Origin: Lytechinus pictus
Lineage: Eukaryota
Assembly: GCF_037042905.1 (NCBI RefSeq)
Contig: NC_087245.1
Coordinates: forward strand, 33,606,001 to 33,670,000
Reading direction: 5' to 3'
Length of the DNA: 64,000 bases
Shown here: piece after piece, positions 37,553 through 51,625 of the stretch
Numbering within the stretch: position 1 is the first letter of the stretch
Layout of the letters: each line of letters opens with the position of its first letter
The notes under the pieces: model-generated
Database searches by the model: none
Told to the model about the DNA's origin: nothing
Seen by the model: the letters and a program-made list of their open reading frames with translations, nothing else
Program-made: the position numbers and the translations under genes

Positions 37553-37622
37553 ATGATGTTTGCAGCTTATCTAGTCCTGTGCTTTTTGGCAGCATCAGCC
37601 AGAGCCCAGACTGAAGGTGATG
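37553..37622 (+). CDS. Signal-peptide exon of the multi-SRCR gene (MMFAAYLVLCFLAASARAQTEGD)
   Basis: aaaATG context, a hydrophobic core with an A-x-A cleavage motif, and a phase-1 G|gtaagt donor matching the phase-1 SRCR exons. Confidence 0.8.
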
Positions 37623-37789
37623 GTAAGTAAATTGATATTAATTCACTGTGTCTTTTGATTAACACTCATGTATTTGAGACGGATGGATCGAGGCGCGTGG
37701 GGCCGGGAGTGTACTACATGTAGCTTCATCTTCGAAAGCTGATAATTGAAGGGGAAGTTCGCCTGCTGTAGATATTGGTTTTATCAAAG

Positions 37790-37829
<40 letters not shown>

Positions 37830-37831
<2 letters not shown>

Positions 37832-40232
37832 GCTCCAAGGGGGCCGAGGGGCCCGCCCCCCTCCTATTGGCGGAGCTAAAAAAAGAAAGAAAAAAGTGAG
37901 AAAGAAAGAAGAAGAAGGGAAAAGATAGGAGAAAAAAGGGATAAATATGGGAGCATAAAGACGAGTGAATAAAATAAGATGAGGGGAAGAATTGGAAGAA
38001 AAAATGTCACTACTTAAAATTTTTGCTAGCGCTTCGCGCTCGCATTGCCTTTTATGTGATTTACAGCTTAAAATATAAAATATTGAAGTCAATATACAAA
38101 ACATATATCAGCTCGAAAATCGAACTTTCGTTATTTTGTTTGATGAACAAATTCAATGTTAAAACGTGCTCTGTAAAAATTTGATTTGTCAGGTACCTAT
38201 TATGTTATTTTCCTGTATTTCATAAAGTTCTCAAAATATCCCTATTCAGGACGGATTGTCAAAACATAATCAGCTAGCGCTGCACTTTCGCATTTCGATC
38301 GGTGAGTTATGTATGTCTCAATATTAATCCTGTAACAAACTACTTGAAATCCCAATTTTATGACAGTTTATCAAAAATTTTGTCTCGCGATTTGCGCTCG
38401 CATTGATTGTTGAAACTCATGCTTTTTATTCATTATTACAAAAGTGCTTTAAATGTCCAGTTTTCAGGCCATAATATTAACAGATTTCGCGTTCTCGATA
38501 GGCTTATTAGATTAATGAATAAGATAGTAATTTGATAATCAAATTGTCCCTTTTTCAGAATGGAATATTGACGAATTTCATCTTGCGCTTAGGAAGAGAA
38601 ATAGTAGGAAGATAGTCATCGTTTTCATATGATGTCATAATATTCTTAGAATGTCCCGGTCCTATGTCAAAATAGTAATAAAACATATCAGCTCTATTTA
38701 AACTGTGATCCATATCCATCTCACAATTTTCCTACAAAGTGCTTGAAATACAGAGCTTAAGTTTATCCCTTTTTAAATCAGAATATTAAATGAGCTTTAT
38801 TGATTTTCATGATAAAAAAGGCATTTAGAATGCCAAGATTCTAGGTTGAAATCTAAAACACGCCCGCGCATGTTTATTTCAGGTACGCAGCTTGTTCTCT
38901 ATTTAAATCGTTATCAAAATTTTTCTGCTCGCGCTTTAAAGCCCCCTCACACCTGACCGAATGTAGGCGGGCGAAGGGTGACGAATGGGAAAATGCACAA
39001 AATGCACGCGAATTCAACAAATTCAAATAAAATTTCCGTCAAATCATGCGATCAGTAACTATTGTCAAATTTTATCAACGAACGGTAAGTGAAGGATAAA
39101 TATGACATGACATGCGAAGGATATCGATTTTTATGTTTACCTCTTTGAGTAAATTGCAGCCGAAGGCGAGCGAAGGGTTGATATAACCCAATAAGACGAA
39201 CGAACAGTGAGCAATGGTTTGATATGGCGTGCGATTAGAAACAAAGACGAGGGAATAGATCGGGCGCTCATGTACGTTTGTGCCATCGTGTTCTTTCGAG
39301 ATCGGTCCACTTTGGCAAAAGCGCGATGAGGGACTATGCGCGATAATTACATTGTTTACACGTGGCTTTTGGTTCAGAACAAAAAGCTGATCACATGTAA
39401 ACACGGTAAAAAAAAACACACGAACGATAACCGCAGACTAAATAAGCAATGCGAATTCAAACAGATGACCAACGATTTTTCAATTAGTCGGGAAATTTCA
39501 AAAAAAAAAAACTTCCGCGCGAATTTGAACAATTGCAGCTGTTATTTCAGAAGGTTTACGAAACCCAAACACGAAGGGTAAATATGATTTACTATCAGTT
39601 ACCATCGTAAACGATTTTTTTTTTAAAAGCCTTTCGCCAGTCATCGCAAGGCATATTTCAGGCAATTCGGTTAGGTGTGAGGGGGCCTTTACGCTCGCAT
39701 ACGTTGAAAGATATCCAATTACTCATTTTTTATGATTTACAAAACGTGAATAGAGTGTCCCATTTTTAGATGTAAATCTCGAATTTTTCCGCTTGCGCTT
39801 AGCGCTCGCATCAGTTGTTTAGTTATATACTTATCATTTTCACGATTACAAAAAAATGCTTAGAATTACCATTCTTTAGGTAGAAATGTCAAAAGCAGCC
39901 AATAACAGATTATTTTTTTATCATATCAAAACGTATATTAAAAGCTTATGCTCTCGCTTCGCGCTCGCAGTAATTATTTAGTTTGATACACATCTCTTTT
40001 AGGATCACAAACATTGCCCAGAATGTTCAAATCTAGGACAAAATACATGAAATAAAAAGTAGCTCGCGCTTCGCGCTCGCACTATTGAAATTTTAAAGAA
40101 TAAAGCTTAAAAGTGACTATTAGGTCTACCCTTTCAAAAAACAAAAATTAACTTCGAGCTGCAGATCGGGGAAAATGTGGATAAAAAAAAGTATTCCGGG
40201 CCCCCTATTGGCGTAGGCTGGATCCGCCCCTG
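37830..40232. mobile_element. GGATCCGCCCCTG-family element with degenerate 110-125 bp internal repeats, flanked by (TA)n
   Basis: Right TIR ctggatccgcccctg, eroded left TIR ctccaagggggcc, and recurrent gctcgcgcttcgcgctcgca. Confidence 0.65.
38939..39688. mobile_element. PIF/Harbinger-like non-autonomous element, TSD TTA
   Basis: TIRs aagccccctcacacctgaccgaat / attcggttaggtgtgagggggcct, with TTA on both sides. Confidence 0.85.
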
Positions 40233-40240
40233 TAAATATA

Positions 40241-40318
<78 letters not shown>

Positions 40319-40398
40319 TTAAATTTATAGCAAAAGTCTGTCAAAGGTGAGACACCCCCACTCATGTGAAATAATTTCAGTAAAGTGCATTTTTATTT

Positions 40399-41750
40399 GA
40401 AGAGTTTTATTCCAAATGGAGATAAATCCACTAGACATTTTTCTGTAAATCAAGTTTTTTTTTTTAATTCACCACTTTTCCCTTATCCACTGTTGGTTCA
40501 TTTTGATATATATGATAGTGCTATCATCCTATATTAATTAAATCATGTTTTCACAAATCTAGCATTCATAATGATTTTTTAGATTTTTTTTTTGTATAAT
40601 ATTTTTCATCGATTTAGCTCCTTTTGGAACAAAACCATAGTATATTGCAAATTTTTTTATCAATTTAAACATGTTTAAAGGACATGTCCACCCCACCAAG
40701 AATTAATTTGAATAAAAAGAGAAAAATCAAACAATCATATCACTGTAAATTTCATCAAAATCGGATGAAAAATAAGAAAGTAACAACAGTTTCACTTAAT
40801 TTTACAAAACAGTGATATGCACATCCTGGTTGGTATGCAAATGATAGGGCTGATGACGTCATCCGCTCACCTTTTTTGTATTTCATTGTGTGAAATACGA
40901 AATATTTCAATATTCTCATTGTGAGAAACAAATATATATCCTCCCCCCCCCCTGAACATGTGTAATTACCATTATGTGGTGCAGTCAATTTGGTCCTTAT
41001 TGTCAAATCTGTACAAATTGAAATATTTTATAATTAAAACAATAAAAAAAAACATGGAAAATAGTGAATGATGGACATCATTGACTGTCTTATTTGCATT
41101 TCCCTGAGTTGTTCATATAACTATTTTGTGAAAAATTAGGGAAAGTTTAAAATGTCATAACTTTCTTATTTTACATCTGATTTTTATGAAATTTTCAGCG
41201 TTAAGCTTGTTTGATTTTGCTTTATTCATTCAAATAAACATTTTTCTGGGTTGGACTTGATCTTTGATATTGAAAATTGAACACGAACCACATGAACATG
41301 GGTAGCAGAGTGCATATCACATATTTTCTGATGTTATCCATTGGAAAAAAAAAATCAACTTTTCTAAGGAATGTGACTTTTCAATATCTAATTGCAAAAG
41401 GAGCTTAATCCTGAAATATTCATAAACAGTAAAATTCTGTTTATAATTTCATCAAATTTGCAGTGATGGTGTGAAATTGTATCCACATTATACCTTAAAG
41501 AATTATTGCATAATTAATCAAGTTTAAATAATCATGTAGTGGATTTAGCTCCTTTTGGAATCAAACTGTTTTGGATTTAGCTCCTTTTGGAATAAAACTC
41601 AAATTTGCAATCAATTTTTACCAAACTTCCAAAATAATTCAAATGCGATATGGTAAATTTGATTCCCACGTCTAAGATACATATATTTATATCAAAAATA
41701 AATTTTGGTCAAAAGTTGATTTAGCCCCTTTTGGAATATTTGAACTCTTC
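40399..41750. mobile_element. TIR element with 4-bp TSD ATTT (Sola-like)
   Basis: Termini gaagagtt..attccaaa / ttttggaatatttgaactcttc, with internal repeats gatttagctccttttggaa. Confidence 0.7.
40679..41263. mobile_element. Kolobok-like MITE (TTAA site) nested in the Sola-like element
   Basis: ttaa-aggacatgtccacccc ... gggttggacttgatct-ttga. A related copy starts at 57534. Confidence 0.65.
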
Positions 41751-42348
41751 ATTTACAGAAAATAAAGAATGGTTTGAATTGGGCATTCATTGTATCATCT
41801 GACACATCGTTTTCATGATTGATTGTTTAAGAGAAAATATTACGAAACATTACACAAATGGATCGCTTTTTGTTAAAACTACTGCTCGCATTTGACGTCA
41901 CAAATATTCAAATCTTTAAGATAAAACTCTCTTAAATTTGAATTCCGTTAATCCTTCACCCATAGCCCACTTTATTTTGCTACTTTTATAAAAAAAAATA
42001 TGGTTTTGGTTGAATTTTAAATACGTACAGGATCTTAATTTTGTAATCATCAATGCAAATCATCACTGTCACTGTCGATTAGCTCGGAGCTCCGAGTCTG
42101 ATTTATTATTATTTTTTCCAAATAAATTGCTTGTTGAATTTCGGAAAAAAAGTTTTTTTGTGTGACATCAACAATACACAGTAAAAAATAGCAAGTTGTT
42201 TAAGCATGTCAAGTTATTCAAACCTTTAAAACATTTTTTTTAAAACTTTAAACAATTTTTTAAATAGTTCAAACAATATTTGTTTGAGTAATGGGCATAA
42301 ATAACACACTTAGAAAAATAGGTTCAACTTTCCACCTTTGCAGACCAG

Positions 42349-42477
42349 GGTCCCGTAACACAAAGGTTAGCGATTAATCGTACGCTTGATTTCTACGATT
42401 GATTGTACATTGTAGCCAATGGAATCAATCGTAGAAAAATGTTCTACGATCATTGCTAAGCTTTGTGTTACGGGCCC
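42349..42477. mobile_element. Harbinger-like MITE, TSD CAG
   Basis: ggtcccgtaacacaaag / ctttgtgttacgggccc. A degenerate relative lies near 58805-58935. Confidence 0.8.
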
Positions 42478-42779
42478 CAGATGTCACACTGGGCGCACGT
42501 TTAAAGTACAACTTTGTACCTTTTTTTGGAAAGGTGCACATTTGCACCTCTCTGAAAGTTGCAAATTAGGGAAAGAGTTCTATTATGTACCCCCTCCAAA
42601 AATAACAAAAGATAACTTTCTATGGATTCTTAAATGTTGCTTACCTTGCTTGGGACTCGAACTCACCTCGTTATAATTGCAGCCAAGACCTCTTCCCCCT
42701 ATGCTAGCGAGAAGCGCTGATAGTTTTTTATGCGAATATGTGCCGAGAGTTTGACTAGTTTAGACTTAAAGGCCCTTTA

Positions 42780-43032
42780 GGGGCGCACCATTAGATACCC
42801 AGGGGGAGGGGGCTGGAAGATTGGGTTGATACATTATTTATTTTGTTCTTCGAGTAATTTTTCCCATTATTCCACTGAGACAAGTTTTTTTTCTACACCT
42901 ATCAGATGATTTGTCAGTGGACCAAGTTTTTTTTTTACTCAGATGGTGAGTCATTTTTGTTGTTGCTCTAATAGCAAGTCAAGTTTTTTTTCTAAGAAAT
43001 GCCAGCCCAATGGATATCTAATGTTGCGTCCC
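42780..43032. mobile_element. Harbinger-like MITE, TSD TTA
   Basis: ggggcgcaccattagata / tatctaatgttgcgtccc. Confidence 0.75.
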
Positions 43033-43450
43033 TTACTGACTAAATAAACCGATGTCTATGGACAATTACACGCACTCGTTCTTGCTCGAAAATTTGACGG
43101 AATAAACCCATATTTTGGTATTCAGTGAGAACCTCAAAAATATGGGGAAAAAGTCGTTTAAGTTCGGGGTTCAATCAAACATTAAATGTGCACGCTTTGC
43201 AGTCTCTATATGAAACTTCCAAGTTGTCCGGGGGGAAAATAGTGTCAAAATCCTATATTTTATAATATTATTACGCAATTTCAAATTTTGACAGTATGGT
43301 GAAGCTATTTCAGCTATTGGCTAATTTCCTTATTTCAGACACCTTTAACTAATTCTTGTTACGTCTTGACACTTGATAAGTTTTTTTTTCTTCATTTCAT
43401 ACCCAATTTCACAATTGCTTCTACACGCGTTCCCAAGCATTTATTTAAGT

Positions 43451-44735
43451 AATAATAAACAAATAATCCCCGTTGGTGAAGTTGGTAAAGGTGATGGACA
43501 AACTATCACTTACGAGGCAAGCTGGATGTAGCTATCTTTCCGAAGCGAAGCTGAAGAGAGATAACGAGTAGATCCAGCTTGCCGAGCAAGTGATATAGTT
43601 TGCCTCGTCACCCGAAATCAAGAAGCGATTATATGCTTTATATTCCTTATCGGAAATCGCTAGAAAACGAAGAAACCGATATCAGTACATTTCTATAATA
43701 AGAATTTCGATTAAAATAAAAATCAAGGTAGGCTTTGAAAAAAATCTATCCAGAAGTATCTTATTTAATGCCAGCGCCTCTGTAAAATGTGCGCAATCAT
43801 CCGAGATCTTGCTCCAAGAAGATTTACTGTGACCTCACGAAGGAATTTTACCGTCACAACAAAACAACCAAGGGGCATGCAATGCACTTTTAATTTGCGC
43901 AAAGTTTAATGCTGTTGTTAATTATCTATTATTACCGTGTTTACACTAAATCGGCTTTTGAATCGGCTCGATGCAGCATCGGCTTTCTCATAACGTGTAA
44001 ACGCGATTAACTTGCATCGGTATATGGCTAGCGCGTACACTGCACGCGCGCATCTCGATCTTGCACGATCGCCATTGCAGGTGATGCATGGTATACAAAT
44101 AATGAATGTTTATGAGTGCAATGGATAGAATACTTCATGAGGTGAAAGATGAATGATCCATTCAACGAGGCTTAGCCTCGTTGAATGGATCATTCATTTC
44201 ATCTTTCACCGAATGGAAAGGACGTTCAGTATTTGGTTTATATGACACCTACAAACGGATTCTCTTTCATATGAAATTCATGAATTTCGATGCAAAATAT
44301 GGTCATGCAGTGCGACCTCGGTCTGCTGATTATCACGTACATACAATATGCAATAAAAAACGAGTGGTTTGTGGTGCCTGCTGCGCTGTCTCGGTGCGCC
44401 CGTGCAATGACAAAAAAAGTTGTATGGATTCAAAATTGCACGATAAATGGATCCAAAATTGCACAGTTGATGACGTCATTGTAAAATGGGCGGAGTGATT
44501 GTTATCAAACAACCAATCAAATGATAAGGATTTATCTAGGTGTCATAATATACACACGATGCATGTACATGAGTTCATTATGCGATCTATATGACTCGAG
44601 TTGCCTTTGAGGCTCTGTTCGATCCATTGCGTGAAGCCGTTAGGCTGAATGCAATGGGTTGAACGAAGCAATGAGAGTGGATAGGTCGCATAATGGACGA
44701 ATGAAGACATGCATCATGTGTATATCATATTTCTA
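43451..44735 (+). mobile_element. Cluster of three hairpin-headed non-autonomous elements (Crypton-like)
   Basis: Long imperfect hairpins at 43451-43643, 44092-44242 and 44548-44725, with no TIR-TSD architecture. Element 2 has atgacaccta/taggtgtcat and ends ccaatca...gtcataata. Confidence 0.5.
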
Positions 44736-44843
44736 TATTTTTTTTTAAAAAAAGAGGTACATTATTATTCTATTTTTAGTATATATTTTTTCTATTATTT
44801 GAATCTAGCGTTGTCATAATCTTTTAGTTTATCTCTATTTGTA

Positions 44844-46048
44844 TAGTAATCACCAACGAACGTAGAGGGCAGCAACACACAAGCGTGTTGCTCTAAGGAA
44901 GGTCAACTCCGCTCGAATTTTGTGACCACTTTAAAAATTAAGGTGGGGTTTTGGGAAATTTGTCGAGTTGATTTTGTTTCATTTGTTAATTTCAAATATT
45001 TTTTAATGAACAATTATTAGATCGGTTATTCTGGGTATAAATATTTAAAATATTACTTTTATTTTTAAAGAAAATATTTAGCTTAAATAATCATGATTTT
45101 GACATTTTTCCTCATTTTGGAATATTAAGCCTGTGACGAGGATACCTCATATCTTTTATTTTCTTCTGCTGAATTTCGCTGCACCACTAATAAATGCATA
45201 GACAACCACCGTAATAATCGAGGTCATTTTTCTGGCCTGGGTGCGCCGAGTCTGGGCCGGTCGCGCAGCTAGCTAGTGACGTTGATGATGCGCTGGGGCT
45301 TCAGGCGACTCGTCATAGATCTAGCAACTTAGACAATGACGTCTAATTTGCCTGGCCTGATTTGAAGTGTAATGGCTTCAGGGCTGATGTTTATCAACGA
45401 TGATTGTTCAAGGTTAGATTTCAAATTTTAAATGTCATTTGACTTTTAAGTCTATAAATCTGAAATAAAGGCGCTGTATCCCCGAAATCCGGGTCTAAAT
45501 TTCAACTCTGAGTCCGAGACCATGGCATGGACGGCGAAAAAACAACCCATGCATCGGATGCATTGCATTGGCTGCGCGCTGCGCTGCAGCTGCACTGTGA
45601 TGATGGGTTCTGCGAAGAGCTCAGAGAAAATAAGGTGGTTATATTCAATCCCGAAATGCTTTGCGAGTGGTCACAAAATCGTCTCGACGCAAATCACCTA
45701 ATACAGCCGTCTGGTGAAATCGCTGATAACAACAATCACCGATTTGGTAATGATTTTAGTTTCCTGAAACTTATATTTGTAAAGTTTTAAATATCAAAGT
45801 ATGTTTTTATATGTATGTATATTCCTCAACATATTTTTTAAGTTATCTTTGATATTGTTGTAGTCATATTCTTTCATATTCGTTTTTTGATCGCTACTAA
45901 TTTGTTGTTGTATTGGATCGGCATTTGATTTCGTTGGCATGAACAATAAAATACGCGCGCAGCTCAGCTGCATGCGCGTATCGAGTTGACCTTCCTTATA
46001 GCAACACGCTTGTGTGTTGCTGCCCTCTACGTTCGTTGGTAATCACTG
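44844..46048. mobile_element. TIR DNA element with about 65-bp TIRs and an extra partial TIR at 46125-46172
   Basis: accaacgaacgtagagggcagcaacacacaagcgtgttgct..aaggaaggtcaactc is inverted at 45983-46048. No clear TSD. Confidence 0.8.
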
Positions 46049-46174
46049 AGTGTATTATGTCGGTTCGTAGTTTCGTTGGCGTGCCTACCAAATTGTGCGC
46101 GTACATCAATTGTATGCGCGTATCGAGTGGACCTTCCTAAAAGCAATACTACAAAGTGTTGCTGCCCTCTAGTT

Positions 46175-46328
46175 ACCAATAATGCATATAGCATTTCCAT
46201 TTATTTGAAAGATAAAAGAGCATTGTGGATTAAATGCCTTGCTCACGGGCATATGTGCCGCGGCCGGGGATCGAACCCCGGACTTTCCATGTATAGCCAG
46301 GCGCCTTAGACCACTCGACCACGGCACC
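46175..46328 (-). mobile_element. tRNA-derived SINE
   Basis: Minus strand ggtgccgtggtcgagtggtctaaggcg...ggttcgatcccc, then a gagcaaggcattta body. Confidence 0.8.
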
Positions 46329-47142
46329 TTCATACATACCTCCATACACACATACATAAACCCTCTCACACACACGCACACACACGCAAAATGTACATAC
46401 ACATGCCCAATGGTACACACTGAGGAAGAGAGCTCACCGTTCAATTGAAATATAAAAAATGCACAGTCGCCGTGCGGTGGAAAATAGAATTTTCATGCAA
46501 AACAAAATGAATCAAATATTGAATGGCTTTCAACCAACCAAATTACAAGAATCGTTGTATGAGCTTTATAAAGTAAGATGGGCCAAAAAAATCGAGTAGC
46601 AATGACCTCTTCATTTCGCGCGTAATAAATTTAACTCATAACCCTATGGGCTGCAAAAGATCAGCGAAACACGAAAGTTCCATCACGGCGAGTGATAAAT
46701 GATGGGGGAACTACCCTTTAACACGTGACCTACTTCTGACCAATCCCATGGAAAGATTCTTAGTATGCGGAATATAACAAGAAATAAGTCCTTTTTCATT
46801 TCGTAGTTCAGGGTACATGTAGAACATATGCTTTTTGATTGATGGTCTAGGTGTGAGGGAGGGGGTGGGGTGCAATGGGGCTTGAGCGAATTTGTAAAGT
46901 AAGGATCAATGCTTTAATAAAAAGGAAAACATTTCTTCAAATCAATCTTTTAAAATAAATGCAATTGCTCTTCATAATGATTTGCATTCCCTTGCATTAT
47001 AATTCTTTGTTTTTTTTTGCGTAAGTCATATTTTACAAACTTTATAAAAGGAAGTGATGCTCACTGAAGCGTTTGTCTTTATCCTTAGACCTCTGATATA
47101 TGCGTCAGGAGTTTGAAGCCGGTTCTGACGCCGCCTTCACGC

Positions 47143-47666
47143 AGGTGTTGCCAGGTTGCCAAGCTGAAGGAAATCCTCAAAAGGCATTTGAAAAATCCCT
47201 AAATTGAACCCCATATCCCAAAGATTTTTTTTTTAAGGTTTCGATGCAATCGATGTCGCTTGGCAACACTACCATTATATTGTACAACTAACATGACTAA
47301 GTTCAGTTTTAATACTAAATTCATCGGCTGAATTGCGTAAGACATGCGCTGAAGTACACTATATGCATTAACTATCTACAGTAGATCGTATACGTAGAGA
47401 TACGTTATACTTATTATAATAATAAGGTGCAACATTTATATAGCGCTTAATACAAATGTTTCTAAGCGCTGCATATCTCTATAATCTTAATTTGTTAGCG
47501 TTATATTACTGAAAAAAGCGAATTTCACTGTTTTTCACCAAAATCTTTAAAAAAAATCCCCGAAAATTGACAAATATCCCAAAATTTATGTAAATCCCCA
47601 AAAGGATTCTAAAAATCTCAAAATTGTTCTAAACGTGGGGATAGAAATCCCCAACTGGCAATACTG
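47143..47666. mobile_element. hAT-like MITE with 8-bp TSD CTTCACGC
   Basis: Termini gtgttgccag / ctggcaatactg, with cttcacgc at 47135-47142 and 47667-47674. Confidence 0.75.
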
Positions 47667-48577
47667 CTTCACGCTTGCAACAATAATATTAATCAGTGAC
47701 AACGGCTCAAGCATCTGCTTAAACTCTCATACCACTGCGTGTCTGTCACTTTCGTATAATCATTTATGTAAATGATCATAATCATACATCTTTTTATGTA
47801 AAATTTAATGTATTTACTTTTGTAATGGTCACATTTTGTACATTTTCATGACATGCAGAAACGACCAAATGAATAAATAGATAAATAAATAAATAATGAA
47901 AAAAAAATATTGGAAGCCCCCTCGAGACCATTATATCCCCTTTTACACATGGTCTTAGGCCTGCAATAGTGTGTCTATACCTAAATAGCCGGCGTCACGT
48001 CGCCTACTTACGTTTCACGTGTCACCCGACTTCAGGTGAACATTTTTATTGTTCTTCCATCGTTAGCTGTATGTCATGTGTCATTGTACCCACTGAGACT
48101 GCATTTAAACATAGTTGTGCATAGGGGACATCCATGTATATTGCAAAGTTTCATACTGATTATTTTCAATGCATTTTCAGTGCAATATTACAACCAGTTA
48201 TTGACTTCGGTATTATCATGATTTTACACTGTAGTTGCTTTGTTAAACGTGCTTCTTAGTGTTACTATGGCTGGTTAAATCCATTGATTGGGTCAGTGTA
48301 AAACAAATGCTTCAGATGTCAAGATATGGAAAAGGAAGTTTAAATAACACGGTGGAATGTGGTTGCTAAACATATTCATGGTAATGTTTGTCACCTCGAA
48401 ACTGTTGTTATAATTGGGAAGCTAAGGTTTCAGATCACCCTGCTATTATGTGAAGCAGTGCGTAAAATAGGCCTACCCGTCAGCCATTTTTTTATTATTC
48501 TTGTACCATGTTATGAACAGTTCGTATTTGTATTTTTGCACCGATTACCTACCCATTTTGTTCAATGTTTCATTTAG

Positions 48578-48883
48578 TGCGACTTGTTGATGGAAGTGCT
48601 TCAAACGAAGGAAGAGTTGAGGTCTACGCCGACGGAGGATGGGGTACTGTGTGTGATGATTCGTGGGATGATACAGATGCTACAGTTGTTTGTCAAAGTC
48701 TCGGCTTTGGGTCTGGAACAGCACACTCTAACGCTCTCTTCGGAGAAGGTTCAGGTGATATCCTGCTCGATGATGTATCTTGTGATGGAGATGAAACTTC
48801 TCTTCTGGAATGTTCTAATTTTGGAATCGGCGTTCATAACTGTGGACACTCTGAGGATGCGGGAGTCACTTGTTCATTAGCAG
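48578..48883 (+). CDS. SRCR domain exon 1 (group A, 6 Cys)
   Basis: VRLVDG...EGRVEV...WGTVCDDSW...HSEDAGVTC, with phase 1-1 AG/GT boundaries. Confidence 0.95.
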
Positions 48884-49324
48884 GTATTTCCAGAATTGTT
48901 TCACATACTTTGATCGAAGTTGATAAAAATTAAGATGATGATAGTTTATTCAATCAATTACTGATTAGCCATTATGATATGTCCAAAATAATCCCCAATG
49001 TACTGTTATAAACTAACTCATCGTACATGATCCGAAGGGGGGGGGGGGGGTAGTAATGTTTTACATCTAGGAAAATCAATTATTGGTCCTAATTGTCAAT
49101 AAATAAATCAATCTAAATGCAAGACATCCGTTTTGGGGGATGCGCATGGCTTGTTGTGTTCTGTCCAATTGCCCCCCTCCCCCGTGTGACGCCCTATTTG
49201 TTGAAACGATTGTCACTAATTAAATCACTAGCTGGAAATGACAAGGGTATTATATAAAAGAGAAAGTGGCAATGCATTCCCTAAAAAAAAAGCATTTAGG
49301 GGATATTTAGAAGATGGATGATAA

Positions 49325-49744
<420 letters not shown>

Positions 49745-50630
49745 TGATAGTTTATGCAATTAACTGATTAGCTATAATGATGTGCCCAAAATAATCTCCA
49801 ATGTACTGTTATAAACTAATTGGACACTTAACTCACTTTTGTAAACATGAAAAGAGAGCTCTTCTAATAAAACAATGAGGCCGCTATGTAAGTGTTATTT
49901 TTTGGGGGAAATACTTACGTCTACTGTTAACGCATAAAAGAATAGAACAACAACATTACATACGTATTTTTCAATCAGACATTTCCATTTTATTCCTTTT
50001 GTAAAACGAATTCTTATGTTATTATGTATTTTAATGTTTAATGATTGTAATCGGTGTGATATAGGCTACTATGGAAAGCGTATGATGGTAATTATAAAAA
50101 ATGAAATGTTTCGAAATCTGTTTCTAGGAATTCATCACGAAGATACGTGTCTCACAAGTCAAATAATGCGAGCGCGAAGCGTGAACTTATTTTATTTTGT
50201 AGTCAGCCATAAAACAGTTTGTATATCTCACTTAATAGATAATGCAAGCGCGAAGTGCATGAGACTTCTCATACTAGGTTCTTACACGACACGAACAATT
50301 GAGCTTTAAGTATTATTTGACATGTAAGAAAATTACTATCTGGATGTATAGCCGATGTCAGTAAATGAATCAATCTAAATGCAAGACATCCATTTTGGGG
50401 GATGCGCATGGCTTATTGTGTTCCATACTCTATGTTTTTGTGTGACGTGTCCAATTGCCCCCCTCCCCCGTGTGACGCCCTTTTTGTTAAAACGATTATC
50501 AGCAATTCAATCACTGTCTTGCTAGAAATGACATGGGTATTGTATTAAAGAGAAAGTGGCTATGTATTCCCATAAGAAAAAAAAAACATATTGGGGATAT
50601 GTAAAAGATGGAGGATAAATGTGCTCCTGA

Positions 50631-51038
<408 letters not shown>

Positions 51039-51313
51039 TGATACGTTATGTAAACTAATGTGAAATTTCGATATAATGCATATCTATTTATGTAAAACGC
51101 CTTTGCACATACCTCATTATATTGCTATTACGAAGGGACACAATACATTGCGTAATTTCATCATTAAATGAAAATTACTTTGTATTGAAAGAGAAAGTGG
51201 CAATCTATTCTCACAAAAAACAACACATTAGAGATATTTACAAGATGGAGGTTAAGTGTGACTCTGAACCCTTGATGCGCTAGCGTGCTTTATTTGGTAC
51301 CTTTTTCATTTAG

Positions 51314-51625
51314 AACTAGTGCGACTGGTTGATGGAAGTGCCTCAAACGAAGGAAGAGTTGAGGTCTACGCCAACGGAGGATGGGGTACTGTGTGTGATG
51401 ATTCGTGGGGTGATACAGATGCTACAGTTGTCTGTCAAAGTCTCGGCTTTGGGTCTGGAACAGCACACTCTAACGCTCACTTCGGAGAAGGCTCAGGTGA
51501 TATCCTGCTCGATGATGTATCTTGTGATGGAGATGAAACTTCTCTTCTGGAATGTTCTAATTCTGGAATCGGCGTTCATAACTGTAGACACGCTGAGGAT
51601 GCGGGAGTCACTTGTTCATTAGCAG
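51314..51625 (+). CDS. SRCR domain exon 4
   Basis: 312 nt, phase 1-1, 637-bp period. Confidence 0.95.
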
